This document shows, one piece after another, positions 49,879 to 59,640 of a DNA stretch of 64,000 bases. Every line of letters begins with the position of its first letter. Position 1 is the stretch's first letter. The position numbers and the translations under genes were made by a program. The notes under the pieces were generated by a model that was not told the origin of the DNA, did not search any database, and saw only the letters and a program-made list of their open reading frames with translations. Source of the DNA: Terriglobales bacterium (GTDB lineage: Bacteria; Acidobacteriota; Terriglobia; Terriglobales; Acidobacteriaceae); assembly GCA_963701805.1 (NCBI GenBank), contig CAVPBA010000002.1:2571801-2635800 (forward strand). The letters are read 5' to 3'.

Positions 49879-50046
49879 AGTCAGACGAGCAGGAGCATCC
49901 GCGTCGGCCGCAACTCACCCCTTCACGGTGAGAGTGGGGTTGTTTGACTACCGGCGGCCCGTGTCTCTTTTGGAGACTCAGGCCATGCCAGATTGGGCGG
50001 ACAGGCGCGGTTTGCCCTGGATACAGTTCTGCAAGGAGCTTATTAA

Positions 50047-50367
50047 ATGAGGAAGACGATTCGTATTCAGTTCGTGTTGGCTCTGATGGTAGCGGCGGCC
50101 GGCACTGTGGGCTTCGCGCAGTCAGGCGGCGAAGCGGTGTACAAGGCCAATTGCCAAAGCTGTCACGGTTCGGCCGGCGTTCCAAGTCCGGGAATCGCCA
50201 AGGCGATGGGCGTCAAACCAGCCAACGATCCGGACTATAAGAAGCTGTCTCCGGATGAAGAATTTGCCTCAGTCAAGAACGGTAAGAACAAGATGAAACC
50301 ATTCGCCGGCAAGTTGACGGATGCGCAGATCAAAGACGCGGTCACTTACTTCCGGTCATTCAAATAA
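50047..50367 (+). CDS. Monoheme cytochrome c, paralog of 49561
   Basis: Signal peptide, CQSCH, KMKPF, shared KLTDAQIK. Confidence 0.9.
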   Translation: MRKTIRIQFVLALMVAAAGTVGFAQSGGEAVYKANCQSCHGSAGVPSPGIAKAMGVKPANDPDYKKLSPDEEFASVKNGKNKMKPFAGKLTDAQIKDAVTYFRSFK

Positions 50368-50430
50368 ACAATTGATGTGAGCCCCGGGCCCGCCCTGCGG
50401 CGGGCCAATCCTTGAGGAGGTCAGAGCCGC

Positions 50431-51903
50431 GTGCCGATCTTTCAGAAATTTCGTGAACACTGGGTACGGCCGGCGCTGTTCTTCGGCAACAACCCTCTAA
50501 GCCTAGCCGGAGGCGCGATTACCACTGCTTCCGGTGTCACCATGATCGGGCACTGGGTGGTCGAGTTGCTGGGTCATCGGAGCGATAACCCTTACCTTGG
50601 CATCATCTTCTTCCTCATCCTTCCGGCTTTGTTTGTCCTGGGTCTGGTGCTGATTCCGATTGGGATGTTTTTCCGCCGCCGGACGCTGCGGAAAGAGGGG
50701 CTGATTCCTGCCGAGTACCCCAAAATCGATCTCAACGACCGGATGTTTCGTCACGGCATCGACATTGTGCTGGTGGCGACGATCGTGAATTTATTAGTCG
50801 TATCGGTTGCCAGCTATCGCGGCGCGTCCTACATGGACTCGCCCCAGTTCTGCGGCGCATCGTGCCACGTGATGCACCCGGAATATGCCGCTTACCAGGT
50901 GTCTTCGCACTCGCACGTCGACTGCGTTCAGTGCCACATCGGCTCCGGCGCTGCCTCTTACTTTCAGGCCAAGCTCAACGGCACCAAGCAGCTCATTGAA
51001 GTCTCGTTGCGGCCCGTGGCCGGAATGGCCCCCCGACTTATCCCCACCTATCCGACCCCGATTCCGTCCCCGGTCATGAACCTGCGTCCGGCGCGCGATA
51101 TTTGCGAGGAATGCCACACACCGGCGCGATTCATTGGCGAGAAGCTGCTGGTGAAATCCACTTTCGCCGATGACGAGACCAATACGGAGACACAATCGGT
51201 CGTTGTGCTTCACCTGGGCGGGCGTGATTCTCTGTCGAACCTGCATGGCATTCATGGCGTACACCTGGGCCATATTGAGTACATCACCACTGACGAGACA
51301 CGCACCACGATTCCGTGGGTGCAACGACGCAACGCCGACGGCTCCGAGACGGTCTACGGAGTATCCACGCTCAAAGGTTCGACCCCGCAGGGTGAGCGCC
51401 GCGTGATGGACTGCATTGATTGCCACAATCGCGCGGCACACACCATGCAAACGGCCGAGGACGCGCTCAATCGGGCGATGGTGGAAGGAGCGGTGAGCGC
51501 AGAACTGCCCTGGATCCATAAGAAGGGTCTCGAGCTTCTCAAGGCCGATTACTCGACCGAGGCCGAGGCACGGGACAAGATTCCGACACAACTGGAAGCG
51601 TTCTACCGCACCGAACATCCCGACGTGTTTGCCGCCAAGGCCAACCTGATCAAGTCTTCAGGCGAAGGGCTGGTCTACATCTTTACTCACAATGTGTTTC
51701 CGGAGATGAAGGTGACCTGGGGGACGCATCCCAATCACATCGGGCACATGAGTTATCCGGGGTGCTTCCGCTGCCACGACGGCGACCACACGGCCAAGAA
51801 CGGAGAGGCAATCACCCAGGATTGCGCGGCGTGCCACAACCTGCTGGCGGTGGACGAGAAGAAGCCGAAGGTGCTGCAGGACCTCGGCATCGTTGCACCG
51901 TAA
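50431..51903 (+). CDS. NapC/NirT-family multiheme membrane cytochrome c
   Basis: Three N-terminal TMs; FCGASCH (Cx3CH) plus CVQCH, CEECH, CIDCH, CFRCH, CAACH. Confidence 0.88.
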   Translation: MPIFQKFREHWVRPALFFGNNPLSLAGGAITTASGVTMIGHWVVELLGHRSDNPYLGIIFFLILPALFVLGLVLIPIGMFFRRRTLRKEGLIPAEYPKIDLNDRMFRHGIDIVLVATIVNLLVVSVASYRGASYMDSPQFCGASCHVMHPEYAAYQVSSHSHVDCVQCHIGSGAASYFQAKLNGTKQLIEVSLRPVAGMAPRLIPTYPTPIPSPVMNLRPARDICEECHTPARFIGEKLLVKSTFADDETNTETQSVVVLHLGGRDSLSNLHGIHGVHLGHIEYITTDETRTTIPWVQRRNADGSETVYGVSTLKGSTPQGERRVMDCIDCHNRAAHTMQTAEDALNRAMVEGAVSAELPWIHKKGLELLKADYSTEAEARDKIPTQLEAFYRTEHPDVFAAKANLIKSSGEGLVYIFTHNVFPEMKVTWGTHPNHIGHMSYPGCFRCHDGDHTAKNGEAITQDCAACHNLLAVDEKKPKVLQDLGIVAP

Positions 51904-52184
51904 GCGAATATTACGGGCCGGAAATCGGGAGGAAGTCCTCTTCATTTCCGCCTCCGGCCTGCCGTTCTGACTGCCGCACTGTTTTCTCCCCCGGAACACA
52001 ATTCCCAATCCTTCGCCGAATCTGCCGCGCGCAGGGTTACAATCGGGGCCAAACACACAAGCTGCGCCAGGCGATCCCCAAAAGTGGTAGGGTCCGCAGG
52101 CGGCCGGATAGAGCAAGATAAAGGCAATCTCCTTTGAGCACAGTAAGAAAGCAGTGGTGTTCTCCGGGTTTTTAGAAGAGGAAC

Positions 52185-55100
52185 ATGGCATACGTGCAGC
52201 GGGTCGGCGGGACACTGGCGCTTGTGATGACAATGCTCATCGGAGCCGCGATGGGCCAATCGCCTGCATCCGGCACCGCTGTCTCGACGTCAGGCGTCTA
52301 TGCTGCGCAAGGTTCGGGTGAGGCGACTCCGGCATCACGGCTCTCCGGAGACTGGCGTTCTACCCCAGCCATTTTGATTCCGGTCAGCCAGCCGCCTGCG
52401 GCGCATGCGTTCGCCCATCTTGGCCCTGCCCCCGCAAGCACCCGCCTGGATCGCATGTTGCTTCTGCTCGAACCATCGACGGCGCAGCACCAGGCGCTGG
52501 ACGCGGAACTGACGAACCAGCTGGATCCGAAGTCCTCCGAGTACCATCATTGGCTCACGGCGGCCGCGTTTGCCGACGCCTACGCGAATTCGCGGCCGGA
52601 TGTGGATGCGATCGTAGCGTGGCTCGAAAGCCGTGGATTCGCGACCGCGCCACTGCCGTCGGGACGCGGATGGATTGAATTTTCCGGCTCAGTTGCGCAG
52701 GTCGAGGAAGCCTTTCGGACGCGCGTTGACGCAGTTGCCACCGCGAGCGGAACCCGGCCTGTCGTGGTGGACGCAATCGCGGTGCCGAGCGCGCTGCGTC
52801 CGCTGATCCACGGACTGGTTTCACTCGATGGAGTGATCGCATCGCCGGCGATGACGGCACCGCAACCCATTGCCGCTTCAGCCGCCGAGCTGGCACGGAC
52901 GACTTCGGCGCGACAAGCAAAAGCGGTCAGTCCGCAACTTGCATCGCAGTTGCTTCACCTGGACAGCCTGCGGTCGAGCGGCAATACCGGCAAAGGCGAG
53001 ACCATCGCCATTGCCGCGCGAAGCAACGTTGAGACTCGCGATGTAGCGGAATTTCGCGCGACCTTTGGATTGACGGCGAGCGCATTGCAGATCGAGCCGA
53101 GTGGAGTTGATCCGGGCCGGACGAGCGATGAGGCCGAGGCGGTGCTTTCAGCTGCATGGGCGGGCGCCGCGGCGCCGGGCGCACAGATTCTGCTTGTTCC
53201 GGCAGGCACCACCAGCGCCACCGACGGACTGGACCTCTCACTGGCATCGATCGTCGATGAGGCGGTCGCACATACGGTTGCGGTCGGGTTTTCAGCGTGC
53301 GAAGCCTCGCTGAGCGAAGCGCGCCAGGCGTTTTACGCTGCAGTTTACCGGCAGGCGGCAGCGGAGGGCATCGCCATCATTGCGGCGGCGGGCGACAACG
53401 GCCCCTCGGCCTGCCAGGTGACCGGCGTCGGTGGTGTGGACACCGGTTTCGGTGTCAACGCTCTTGCGTCGACGCCATGGAACACTTCCGTCGGCGTTGC
53501 AGCGCTGGCTGAGGGTGGAACAACGGCGGACGGTCATTCGCTTGCGGGCTGGTCTCCGGTGAGTGTGGCTGATCCAGAGAATGCGGGAGGCGGCGGAAAG
53601 AGCCTGCTGTTTCCGGCGCCTGCCTGGCAGCCACTGCCGGCACAGGATTCGAAAAGCGCCGGCGGCTATGCGCGTCTGATGCCGGATGTCGCATTGCCTA
53701 CCGCAGTGGATTCGGGCGCGAATCGCGGACTGGCTTACTGTCTGAGTGGATCGGCGACCGGGTCGGTCGGCTCCTCTGGTTGCATTGCTGTAAAAAGCGG
53801 CGGCAGCGCGGCGGCGGCGGCGATGTTCGCGGGAATTGCTTCCCTTTTGGCCGCCAACAATGGACCGCAAGGCAATCTTGCCCCGGAACTGTACGAACTC
53901 AGCCGGCGCAGTGGCATTTTCAATGACGTCCAGCAGGGAGGCAACAAGCTTTTCTGCGCAGCCGGCAGCATGGGCTGCGATGCGAACGGGCAGATCGGCT
54001 TCAGCGCCGTTGCCGGCTATGACATGGCGACGGGTCTGGGTTCTGTTGACGCTCAAAAGCTGGTGAGCGCCTGGGCGACTCCGGAGGCGGTCGGGACCGG
54101 CGCGGCCAGCGTGAACCTTTCGGTGACGCCCACGGTTCCGAATGTGACGTATAACCCGACCGCGCAGATCACGCTGACCGCCAACGTCATTTCGCTGACC
54201 GGCGGGGCTGCGCCAACGGGAACCGTTCTATTTGCCGATGCTGAGACGGGCTCGAACCTGAATCCCTCGGGGTCAACGCTGGATGCCAACGGGGTGGCGA
54301 ATTACACCTTCACCAGTGGGCTCAAGATCGGCGGCAACAACATCACGGCGATCTACACCGGCGATGCCACCTACGCTTCGGTGACATCGCAGCCACTGGT
54401 GGTCAACGTCCAGCCCAGCACCACATCGCTCACGGTTGTGCCGGCAACCACGAAGCCGACGGCGGGCTTGCCTTTCACCGTGACGGTGAATGTCGCGATA
54501 GGGACGCCGCCCGCAGGCACCGCGGCGCCAACCGGCAAAGTCACCCTGAATGTGGACGGGCTGCCGACGGCTACTGCTTCGTTTGTCACATCGGGCGGCG
54601 TCACGACAGCCACGTTTCCCTCCGTGACGATCAACGCGGCCGGCGATCACCCGTTACAGGCTGTGTATGCCGGCGATGCGAACTACGCGGCGTCCACCGC
54701 CCCGCCGGTCACGGTGACCATCGGCAAAGGAGCGACCGTCACCGCACTGGTCGCGGTTCCTCCCACTCTCACCGCGGGCATGCCGGAGACGTTTACGGCC
54801 ACCATGGCGCCCGCCAACGTGCCCGCCGGCACGACCTACACGATCACGGGAACGGTGAGCTTTTACGACGGCACGACGCTGCTGGGGACAGCCGTGATCA
54901 ACGCCAATACCGCCTCGCTCGCCAACGTCATTCTTTCTCCCGCCTTGCTGCACACGATCACCGCGGTGTACTCGGGGGACACGAGTTGGTCCGCGAGCAC
55001 ATCGAATGCCATTACGCTGCAATCGGTGCTGCTGCCGGACTTGGTGACGCTCGAGCTCAACATCAATACCATCGGGCCAGGCCAGTTGGTGACGCTCGTC

Positions 55101-55943
55101 GCCAGGGTGACGCCGCTCCTGCCGCCGGCCGCCAATATCGAGCAAAACCCAACCGGCAATGTGATCTTCTACAACGGAACCACCGTGATGGGGACCGCAG
55201 CGCTCACACCCGGCCCCAGCAACACCTCCAGCGCCACCCTGATCAGCGGGACATTGCCGGGGGGAGACAACGTCCTGACCGCCTACTACGTCGGCGACCT
55301 TTACTTCGCGCCCGGGACTTCCAATCCCGTCACCATTGACGTGCAGGATTTTTCCATCACCCCATCGCCCACCAACCCGCCGACCAATCTGACCATCGTC
55401 AAGGGTACATCGGGGTCGGCTTCGTTCATCGTGACTGGCCTGGGCGGTTATAACGATCTGGTGCAGGTAGTGTGCGCCGTACCCACGCAGGTCGACATGA
55501 CCTGTGCGGCAACCCCGCAGCAGGTGCGACCGACCGCGGTCGTCACGTTCACGGTGCAGACGTACGCGGCCGGAGGCACTCCCACGGCCGGTAACAAGAG
55601 GGCCCCACTGTGGCCGCGAGCCGCGGGAGGAACGGCGCTTGCGATCCTGGTGTTTTTCGTTGTACCGGCCGGCCGGCGACGCCGCATATTCACCGACCGC
55701 ACTCGACGGTTCCTTGTCATCCTTCTGCTGCTCGCGGGGCTGGGCGGGGCGGGGATCGGGTGCAGCAGCGACACCGCAACCGTGCCGCAGAACACGGGGA
55801 CGCCGCTGGGAGTCGCGACGCTGAACATCGTGGCCACGGCGTACATCAACAACACGGTGATCAACCGCACCGTGTTCCTCACGGTCAATGTCATTCCTCC
55901 GGGGTCGAGTACCGCCGTCCCGGCCTCTCATCCCAGACACTAG
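52185..55943 (+). CDS. S53 (kumamolisin-like) prodomain + degenerate protease domain + Ig-like repeats + C-terminal TM/Cys segment
   Basis: Prodomain YHHWLT...GWIEFSG; AAGDNG; PDVA; GYDMATGLGS; repeated TAxYxGD. Confidence 0.82.
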   Translation: MAYVQRVGGTLALVMTMLIGAAMGQSPASGTAVSTSGVYAAQGSGEATPASRLSGDWRSTPAILIPVSQPPAAHAFAHLGPAPASTRLDRMLLLLEPSTAQHQALDAELTNQLDPKSSEYHHWLTAAAFADAYANSRPDVDAIVAWLESRGFATAPLPSGRGWIEFSGSVAQVEEAFRTRVDAVATASGTRPVVVDAIAVPSALRPLIHGLVSLDGVIASPAMTAPQPIAASAAELARTTSARQAKAVSPQLASQLLHLDSLRSSGNTGKGETIAIAARSNVETRDVAEFRATFGLTASALQIEPSGVDPGRTSDEAEAVLSAAWAGAAAPGAQILLVPAGTTSATDGLDLSLASIVDEAVAHTVAVGFSACEASLSEARQAFYAAVYRQAAAEGIAIIAAAGDNGPSACQVTGVGGVDTGFGVNALASTPWNTSVGVAALAEGGTTADGHSLAGWSPVSVADPENAGGGGKSLLFPAPAWQPLPAQDSKSAGGYARLMPDVALPTAVDSGANRGLAYCLSGSATGSVGSSGCIAVKSGGSAAAAAMFAGIASLLAANNGPQGNLAPELYELSRRSGIFNDVQQGGNKLFCAAGSMGCDANGQIGFSAVAGYDMATGLGSVDAQKLVSAWATPEAVGTGAASVNLSVTPTVPNVTYNPTAQITLTANVISLTGGAAPTGTVLFADAETGSNLNPSGSTLDANGVANYTFTSGLKIGGNNITAIYTGDATYASVTSQPLVVNVQPSTTSLTVVPATTKPTAGLPFTVTVNVAIGTPPAGTAAPTGKVTLNVDGLPTATASFVTSGGVTTATFPSVTINAAGDHPLQAVYAGDANYAASTAPPVTVTIGKGATVTALVAVPPTLTAGMPETFTATMAPANVPAGTTYTITGTVSFYDGTTLLGTAVINANTASLANVILSPALLHTITAVYSGDTSWSASTSNAITLQSVLLPDLVTLELNINTIGPGQLVTLVARVTPLLPPAANIEQNPTGNVIFYNGTTVMGTAALTPGPSNTSSATLISGTLPGGDNVLTAYYVGDLYFAPGTSNPVTIDVQDFSITPSPTNPPTNLTIVKGTSGSASFIVTGLGGYNDLVQVVCAVPTQVDMTCAATPQQVRPTAVVTFTVQTYAAGGTPTAGNKRAPLWPRAAGGTALAILVFFVVPAGRRRRIFTDRTRRFLVILLLLAGLGGAGIGCSSDTATVPQNTGTPLGVATLNIVATAYINNTVINRTVFLTVNVIPPGSSTAVPASHPRH

Positions 55944-55977
55944 GCCCCCCTTTTGCCCCCTGGAGCTTCGAACGACC

Positions 55978-57453
55978 ATGTCTTCCAGCCATCCTCCGCA
56001 GTTTGACCTTGTTGCGGCCGCCCACGCGGCCATGATCGAACACGGTTTTCAGCCCGATTTTCCCAAGGGCGCTGCTTCGGAACTTGCCGCCATCCGGGCC
56101 GACTCCAAGCTGCCGTCGGCGTCGGGCACGGAGTTTCAGGATTTGCGGAGCCTGCTGTGGTCCTCGATCGACAACGACACCTCAAAGGACCTTGACCAGA
56201 TTGAATGGGCGGAGCAGTTACCGGACGGGCGAATCCGGGTGCTGATCGGGGTCGCCGATGTGGACGCGCGCGTCGCGGAAGGAACCGTCATCGACAGCCA
56301 TGCCAAGAGCGAGACGACTTCGGTGTACACCGGCGTTAAGGTCTTTCCGATGCTGCCGCCGGAATTGTCGGAGGGGATTACTTCGCTCAATGAGAACGAA
56401 GACCGGGCCGCGATTGTGATCGAGTTTAAGGTCGATGCGAGCGGTGCGGCTTCGGAAGGAAAGGCGTATCGAGCGCTGGTGCGCAATGGTGCGCAGCTGG
56501 CTTACAACAGCGTGGGCGCCTGGCTCGAAGACAAAGGTCCCGCACCGGCGAAGGCGGCGGCCAGCGAGGCATTGGCTGCGCAGCTCAAACTGCAGGACAA
56601 GGCGGCGCAGGCAATGGAGGGAAGCCGCTATCAGCATGGAGCGCTGGATCTTGAAACCATCGAAACGCGCCCGGTGACGATGGGCGGTGATGTAATTGCC
56701 CTGGCGCGCCTCGAAAAGAACCGCGCGACATCGTTGATTGAAGAGTTCATGGTGGCAGCTAACGGCGTGATGGCGAGGACACTCGAGAATGCCAGGGTGC
56801 CTTCCATCCGGCGCATCGTGCGCACGCCCAAGCGCTGGGACCGCATCGTGGAAGTGGCGGCGGGGCTGGGAGCCACGCTGCCGGCCGAACCGGATTCGAA
56901 GGCGCTGAACAATTTTCTGCTGGCCCAGAAACAGAAAGACCCCGACCACTTTCCCGATCTATCGCTGGCGGTGATCAAGCTGATGGGCCCGGGCGAATAT
57001 GTGCTGGTCAAGGCCAACGAGCCGTCGCCTGGACACTTCGGCCTGGCGGTGCAGGATTACACTCACTCGACGGCGCCCAACCGGCGGTTTCCCGACATGG
57101 TGGCGCAGCGGATTCTGAAAGCACTGCTCGGAAAAGGCGCGCAGCCCTATTCCGAAGGGAATCTCAATGCCATCGCGCAGCGCTGCACGCAGATGGAAGA
57201 CGCCGCACGCAAGGTGGAACGTGAGATGTCGAAGCGAATCGCGGCCGTCGTGCTGCGCCCGCGCATCGGCCAGAACTTCCACGGCATCGTGACCGGCGTG
57301 AACCAGTACGGCACCTTCGTGCGCGCGCTCGAACCGCACGTGGAAGGAATGCTGGTGCACGGCGGGCACGGGCTCGACGTGGGCGATCGCGTGACAGTGA
57401 AACTGATCAGTACCGACCCGCAACGAGGGTTTATTGATTTTGCGCGAGCGTGA
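55978..57453 (+). CDS. RNB-domain exoribonuclease (RNase II/R family) with S1 domain
   Basis: SIDNDTSKDLDQ, VADV, LIEEFMVAAN, HFGLA...YTHSTAPNRRFPD. Confidence 0.92.
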   Translation: MSSSHPPQFDLVAAAHAAMIEHGFQPDFPKGAASELAAIRADSKLPSASGTEFQDLRSLLWSSIDNDTSKDLDQIEWAEQLPDGRIRVLIGVADVDARVAEGTVIDSHAKSETTSVYTGVKVFPMLPPELSEGITSLNENEDRAAIVIEFKVDASGAASEGKAYRALVRNGAQLAYNSVGAWLEDKGPAPAKAAASEALAAQLKLQDKAAQAMEGSRYQHGALDLETIETRPVTMGGDVIALARLEKNRATSLIEEFMVAANGVMARTLENARVPSIRRIVRTPKRWDRIVEVAAGLGATLPAEPDSKALNNFLLAQKQKDPDHFPDLSLAVIKLMGPGEYVLVKANEPSPGHFGLAVQDYTHSTAPNRRFPDMVAQRILKALLGKGAQPYSEGNLNAIAQRCTQMEDAARKVEREMSKRIAAVVLRPRIGQNFHGIVTGVNQYGTFVRALEPHVEGMLVHGGHGLDVGDRVTVKLISTDPQRGFIDFARA

Positions 57454-57478
57454 AAAGGCAGCTTTTAGCTCCTGGCTT

Positions 57479-57841
57479 CTAGCTCGTTGTGCGCATCGTG
57501 CCGGCTTGCACCAGGCCGATGATGTGGCCCTCGGGATCGGCGAAAAGGGCCATTAGCGGGCCATTGGGGACCTGCTCGGGCCCCATTATGGTGCGTCCGC
57601 CCCGTCCTTCGACGACCGTCAGCGTCTCAGCGATGTTGGACACCTCAACGTAAAAGGTTGAGTGCCCGCGACCACCGTCCATCGACGTGCCGATGCCTCC
57701 GCCGATCCCGGCCCCTGGAGACACCATCGAGTAGTTGTCCATCACCGGGTTCAGCTGCCAGTCGAATAAGGCGCGGTAAAAATCTTCGAGCACCGCCTTG
57801 TCTTTTCCGGGCACTTCAAAGTGGACGATCGGGTTGGGCAT
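57479..57841 (-). CDS. VOC/glyoxalase family protein
   Basis: PIVHFEV...FYRALFDW...GGGIG...FADPEGH; SD aggag. Confidence 0.85.
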   Translation of the reverse strand: MPNPIVHFEVPGKDKAVLEDFYRALFDWQLNPVMDNYSMVSPGAGIGGGIGTSMDGGRGHSTFYVEVSNIAETLTVVEGRGGRTIMGPEQVPNGPLMALFADPEGHIIGLVQAGTMRTTS

Positions 57842-57987
57842 TCTTCTCTCCTCCTGCAGGTTATAGCCTTTCATGCGATGGCCAATTCGGGCCGCGCGCT
57901 TCCCGTCTTAGATTCGCTCCACGAGGAAAGGGCGGTCGCCCAAGCCGCCTGATTTTGGGGGCTACGCAAATCTTTTACCGATTCCTC

Positions 57988-58033
57988 TTGACGCTTATCG
58001 CAATTTGCGATAGGCTTATTGCATATTGCGATA
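57988..58033 (+). promoter_or_regulatory. Sigma70 promoter overlapped by two palindromic operators
   Basis: TTGACG-17-TAGGCT; TATCGCAATTTGCGATA (57996-58012) and TATTGCATATTGCGATA (58017-58033). Confidence 0.75.
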
Positions 58034-58073
58034 GGGTGACGGCCGGAAAGGCGTACTATCGCAGAAAAGCCCG

Positions 58074-59294
58074 ATGAAGCTCGGCGAAAAGATCCGCTAT
58101 CTGCGCGAAGTGGAGGGCAGCCTTCGGGGCCTCGACCGGGCCATGAGCCAGCTCGAATTGGTGCGGGCCATCGCGCGGGAAACGGGCTCGAAACTGAGCC
58201 AGAGCTATCTGTCGCAGATCGAGAGCGGCGCGCGACCTCACCTGACCAACACGACCCGGCAGATCCTGGCGGGATTCTTCAAGGTCCACCCCGGCTACCT
58301 GGTGGATGATCCCGATGGCTATTCGCCTGAACTGCAGAGCGAGCTGCGCCACATGGAGGACAAACTCGACCTTTGGCTGGTGTCGGGCGCGGAGCGTTTT
58401 CGGCGCGACCCGGAGTTGAAACAGGCCCTGCTAACTGTGGCGCGCAACGAGCACACGCGCGAATGCCTGCTACTGCTGGAGGCGATTCTGGAGACGCCGG
58501 GACTGGCGCCGCGGCTGGCGGAAGTGCTGCGGCCAAAGTTGAAAGGAACAGGGGTCAGAGATCAGGGGTCAGAGAGTCACGAAAAAGGAGCGCGGCCGGA
58601 AAGAGGAGGCGCACAAATGACCTGGGAATCTTTTTATCTGGTTTGCTTTCTCGTGGGGCTGTTTCTGAGCGCGTTTACCCTGGTGGGCGGCATGGGCCAT
58701 TTCGGCGGGCACGTGCACATACCGCATGCTCCACACCTGCCTATCCCTGGCGCGCATCTGCCGCATGGCGCGGCGGGACCGCACCCTGTACAGGGCTCAG
58801 CGACGGTCCCGTGGTGGAACGCGTTTTCGATCATGATTTTTCTTTGCTGGTTTGGCGCGGCGGGGTACCTGCTGACGCGCTACGGCAGCTTTGTGGCCGG
58901 AGTGGTGGCGGCGCTGGCGGGCATCTGCGGCGTGGCCGGGGGAGCGATCATCTTTCTCTTCCTGACCCGCGTTCTGATGCCGCACGAGCATGAACTCACG
59001 GCCGATGAAACTGAAGTTGTGGGCGCGGTGGGGCACGTTTCGTCCCCTATCCGGCCTGCCGGAACCGGAGAGATTGTTTACGAACAACTGGGCGCGTTCC
59101 GCTCAGTACCGGCCCGCTCTGAGGACGGGGCACCGATTTCCAAACAGGAAGAGGTGTTCGTCGTCCGCTACGAAAAAGGAATCGCGTACGTACGGCGATG
59201 GGAAGACGGCAGTGGTCAGTGGCCAGTGGTCAGTGATCAGTTTTCTAAAGCTGGAGACGACCAGTCTCCACACGACCTGACTTCATCACGCTGA
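58074..59294 (+). CDS. XRE-family HTH regulator in frame with an NfeD-like membrane protein (internal start 58617)
   Basis: LGEKIRYLR...SQSYLSQIESG; internal SD agaggagg + ATG 58617; TMs, His-rich loop and OB-like GAVGHV...GEIVY...ARSEDG. Confidence 0.8.
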   Translation: MKLGEKIRYLREVEGSLRGLDRAMSQLELVRAIARETGSKLSQSYLSQIESGARPHLTNTTRQILAGFFKVHPGYLVDDPDGYSPELQSELRHMEDKLDLWLVSGAERFRRDPELKQALLTVARNEHTRECLLLLEAILETPGLAPRLAEVLRPKLKGTGVRDQGSESHEKGARPERGGAQMTWESFYLVCFLVGLFLSAFTLVGGMGHFGGHVHIPHAPHLPIPGAHLPHGAAGPHPVQGSATVPWWNAFSIMIFLCWFGAAGYLLTRYGSFVAGVVAALAGICGVAGGAIIFLFLTRVLMPHEHELTADETEVVGAVGHVSSPIRPAGTGEIVYEQLGAFRSVPARSEDGAPISKQEEVFVVRYEKGIAYVRRWEDGSGQWPVVSDQFSKAGDDQSPHDLTSSR

Positions 59295-59380
59295 CTTTTG
59301 TATGCCGATAGACGATGGATCTGGTCTTTGACTGTGGCGCGACATCAACTGACCACTGTTCACTGACCACTGAACACTGA
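59210..59380. repeat. Paired inverted CAGTG heptamer arrays
   Basis: cagtggt-cagtggc-cagtggt-cagtgat-cagtt ... aactgac-cactgtt-cactgac-cactgaa-cactga. Confidence 0.85.
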
Positions 59381-59388
59381 GGCTAGCA

Positions 59389-59568
59389 ATGAGTACTCCG
59401 ACCGTGCTGATTACGGACATGGCCATCCTGGTGGGAATCTTCCTGCTGGGGTTTCTGGCCAAGATGTTTCCCAAGAAATCAGGAAACAGGAATCAGACCA
59501 CTGGCAACCCCGCGAGCACAGAAGGCTCGCTGGGAGTCAGAGCTGATCGTTCATCGACTCAGCGCTGA
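59389..59568 (+). CDS. 59-aa ORF paralogous to the flotillin N-terminal anchor (small protein or gene remnant)
   Basis: MSTPTVLITDMAILVGIFLLGFLAKMFPKK versus flotillin MTNPTTILIAGIAALMLILLMGILARMYRK. Confidence 0.55.
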   Translation: MSTPTVLITDMAILVGIFLLGFLAKMFPKKSGNRNQTTGNPASTEGSLGVRADRSSTQR

Positions 59569-59640
59569 ATCAACCCCTGATTCCTTAACCCTGAAACCCG
59601 TACGATTCAGACCCTCCCGGGCGAAAGGACCGGGAACGCA

